Positions 61,794 to 64,000 of a DNA stretch of 64,000 bases are shown here, piece after piece; position 1 is the stretch's first letter, and each line of letters starts with the position of its first letter. The position numbers were made by a program, and so were the translations under genes. The DNA is from a virus (lineage: Duplodnaviria; Caudoviricetes): positions 12,250 through 76,249 of IMG/VR virus record IMGVR_UViG_3300047160_001275. One strand, 5' to 3'. The notes beneath the pieces were generated by a model, which ran no database searches, was not told where the DNA came from, and saw only the letters and a list, made by a program, of their open reading frames with translations.

Positions 61794-63149
61794 TCACCCC
61801 ACCCAAGACAGAGTCGAATCGTATTGTGACCCGGTGATCATCAGTTCGCTCAACGCCCACACCAGCGCGTCGACGCGATCCGGCGAGCCCTCGCCCATAT
61901 AGCCGTCGGTCGCCATTTGCGTCATCTGGTCTTCTAGGAGCGGCATGTCGCCGACATGGGACACCAGGGAGCGCTCATAGAGGGTCGCCACCGGCTCGGC
62001 CCGCTGGATCTTGCCGCGTGAGGCGACGACCTCCTGATAGGCGACATATTCATTGGCCCCGGCAGCCATCTTGATCGTGTGCTCGACCATCGCGCCGCCG
62101 AAATTGCGTTCTGCGACAATGCGATCGGCGTCGAACTCGCGATAGGCGTCTATGGCCCGTCGAGCCCAAGCGGCAGGGGATAGCTTGCAACTACGATCAG
62201 CCAGCACATAGCCTCGACCATCCACGCCGCGACCAGCCACCACGATGCCAATAGAAGAGGAAGCCACATCGCTCATCGTCCTCGCGCCTGACGGATCGAT
62301 CGCCACCACCACGCGGGCGAGATCGGGAACCGGAGATGGCGCGTTGGCCCTGGCGTCATCGATCATCGTGCGGGTCCAAAGCGCGCCGGGCAAATCCTCG
62401 ATGATCTCGGCGTTGATCTCCTGGCGGCCGACCCGCGTGCCCTCCAAGGGCTTGATCACCTCGTCGTAATAAACTTGGTTAAGGTTGACCCGGTTGTCCC
62501 AGGTCGAGCCGACGGTGAGGTGGGTCGATTCAGCTTTCGCCAGCCGTTTGATCAGCGGAATCGGCCGTGGCGTGGTGGTGACGATGCCCCTCGGCTTGCC
62601 CTCGCGCATGCCGAACAGCATGTTGGTCCAGCCGTCCTGGGCCCGCCGAGCCTTGGCTAGCTCGTCCCACCAGAAGAAAGAGCCCGAAGCGCCGCGCGTC
62701 ACTTCGGGGTCCTCCGCCGAGAACAGGAGGGCTCGCGCGCCATTCGGCCATTTCAAAACGGACTGGCCGGGATGGTAAGAGGGCCTGTGCTCGGGCGGTC
62801 CGACGTTGAGGAACCCACTCTGCCCCTCGATCGAGTATTGCCGCATATCGAAGGCGGTGTCGGCGACGAAGCTCATCACCCGAGGGCAGTGTGGCGCGGC
62901 GATGAGCGGCGTCGGGCCCCGGATCATTGCGGCGATGTTCTCGACCGCCGTGCGGGTCTTGCCCCAACCGCGCCCGGTCATGATCATCCAGATGAACCAG
63001 TCGCCTTCTGGCAACTGTTGCTCGGGGCGACCCCAAAAGCCCCAGTCCCAGGTCAGCGCTTTTGCCTGCGTCTCAGTTAAGCCGTCGAGGATCGCGTTCC
63101 TCTGCGAGGCGCTCAGCAATGCCAGCGATCCTGCCTCGGATAAGCTCAC
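61794..63149 (-). CDS. terL: terminase large subunit
   Basis: GRGWGKTR (Walker A), FWWDE (Walker B), VTTTPRP, VVAIDPS, SPDRVDALVW. Confidence 0.95.
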   Translation of the reverse strand: MSLSEAGSLALLSASQRNAILDGLTETQAKALTWDWGFWGRPEQQLPEGDWFIWMIMTGRGWGKTRTAVENIAAMIRGPTPLIAAPHCPRVMSFVADTAFDMRQYSIEGQSGFLNVGPPEHRPSYHPGQSVLKWPNGARALLFSAEDPEVTRGASGSFFWWDELAKARRAQDGWTNMLFGMREGKPRGIVTTTPRPIPLIKRLAKAESTHLTVGSTWDNRVNLNQVYYDEVIKPLEGTRVGRQEINAEIIEDLPGALWTRTMIDDARANAPSPVPDLARVVVAIDPSGARTMSDVASSSIGIVVAGRGVDGRGYVLADRSCKLSPAAWARRAIDAYREFDADRIVAERNFGGAMVEHTIKMAAGANEYVAYQEVVASRGKIQRAEPVATLYERSLVSHVGDMPLLEDQMTQMATDGYMGEGSPDRVDALVWALSELMITGSQYDSTLSWVG

Positions 63150-63615
63150 GCGCCGAGATCTCCTCCACCTGCACCGGACCGCCGTCCTTGCCCTGTAGCT
63201 CTAGCACGCTGGGCTCCTTCCACCCCATCTGGGTCTTGGCCCAGAACTTGGCGGCCTCCACTGTCGCCCCAGTATGGGTGGACGAGGTCGCCGCCGAGAG
63301 CAATTTGCCAGCCACCGCCACATCAACGGTTTCTTTGCCGCTCGCCCATTCGGCGCGGTAGTATTTGTCAAAGGTGTCCCGGCTTATCCCCATCAACTCG
63401 ACCGTCATGCCGATGGTCTTGCCGAGCGCCTTGCAGATTTTGGCTAGGTTGCGGGCGGCTTCAGTCGGCACGTGGGCAGGCCGCCCGCCCACGTCGCGCG
63501 AACCGCCGAGGCGGCGCTTCGGCTTGCGGGCGGGCTTGGGCTTGGGCTTGCGCCGTCCGCCCGCCAGCAGCGGAGCCTGCTGCAAGACGGTGTTCTCCGG
63601 TTTCTTTCGCGGCAC
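63073..63615 (-). CDS. terS: terminase small subunit
   Basis: HVPT...GISRDTFDKYY HTH...AAKFWAKTQMGWKE...ELQGKDGGPV; directly upstream of terL. Confidence 0.8.
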   Translation of the reverse strand: MPRKKPENTVLQQAPLLAGGRRKPKPKPARKPKRRLGGSRDVGGRPAHVPTEAARNLAKICKALGKTIGMTVELMGISRDTFDKYYRAEWASGKETVDVAVAGKLLSAATSSTHTGATVEAAKFWAKTQMGWKEPSVLELQGKDGGPVQVEEISARELIRGRIAGIAERLAEERDPRRLN

Positions 63616-64000
63616 GCTGCACCTCGCTGAATGTCCGCCCGCTGCCCTCATGCACCGCGTCGCGCCCGGTGAACGCCTGCCAGCGCAGCACCGACACGTC
63701 GATATAATCCGGCGAAATCTCAAGCGCATGAATGGCGCGGCCGGTCATTTCGCCCGCGATGATCGTGCTGCCTGAGCCGCAAAACGGCTCATAGACCGCT
63801 TGGCCGGGGGAAGAGTTGTTCTCGATCGGGCGACGCATGCATTCCACCGGCTTCTGGGTCGAATGCCCCGTCTCGCTCTTCATCGGCTTGTCGATCCGCC
63901 AGACCGTCGTCTGCGTTCGATCTCCGCTCCAATGCCCGGTCTTGCCGTTGCGAACCGCGTACCAGCATGGCTCGTGCTGCCAATGATAGTCGCCTCGGCC
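63461..64000 (-). CDS. site-specific DNA methyltransferase (N6_N4_Mtase), 5' end beyond the window
   Basis: YHWQHEPCWY...VW.IDKP...HSTQKPVE...VYEPFCGSGSTIIA...ALEISP.YIDV; frame open to the edge. Confidence 0.9.
   Translation of the reverse strand, partial: GRGDYHWQHEPCWYAVRNGKTGHWSGDRTQTTVWRIDKPMKSETGHSTQKPVECMRRPIENNSSPGQAVYEPFCGSGSTIIAGEMTGRAIHALEISPDYIDVSVLRWQAFTGRDAVHEGSGRTFSEVQRAAKETGEHRLAAGSAAGGRTAQAQAQARPQAEAPPRRFARRGRAACPRAD

Overview
High-GC tailed (siphovirus-like) bacteriophage or prophage sequence. The host is probably an alphaproteobacterium, inferred from GcrA-like and GapR-like genes. Left to right: (1) a leftward replication/regulation operon, 1-7263: primase (partial), SF2 helicase, GcrA-like, MT-A70 methyltransferase, RuvC-like, two GapR-like paralogues, Cro-like HTH. 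(2) A rightward recombination operon, 7376-11474: RecE-like exonuclease, RecT-like annealing protein, YkgJ-like, HNH. (3) One long leftward late region, 64000 to 11461: DNA MTase (partial), TerS, TerL, Acb2/Tad1-like protein, DUF1073 portal, MuF, DUF2213 protease/scaffold, DUF2184 capsid, many fibre/lectin-like genes, neck, tail tube, tape measure and tail-tip genes. Two accessory systems stand out. First, an ADP-heptose biosynthesis cluster (hldA-, hldC- and hldD-like genes plus a methyltransferase) at the distal end of the late operon. It is headed by a ~1035-aa protein with four enzyme domains (GT9-like, GT-A-like, methyltransferase, DUF115-like), whose N-terminal ~45 aa resemble the small protein encoded next to the major capsid gene; this makes it a candidate virion-glycosylation system. 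Second, a set of head proteins carrying enzymatic cargo behind a recurring D[FY][DN]PxEPRDxxGxW tag: a portal fused to an ADP-ribosyltransferase, a MuF with an internal insertion and a second ART-like domain, and a tagged thioredoxin-reductase-like protein. A non-autonomous IS607-type TnpB element with intact catalytic motifs and a chimeric upstream remnant sits in the neck genes. No integrase, CI repressor, endolysin, gmhA or gmhB was recognised inside the window. All family assignments are by eye from motifs; no database search was run.
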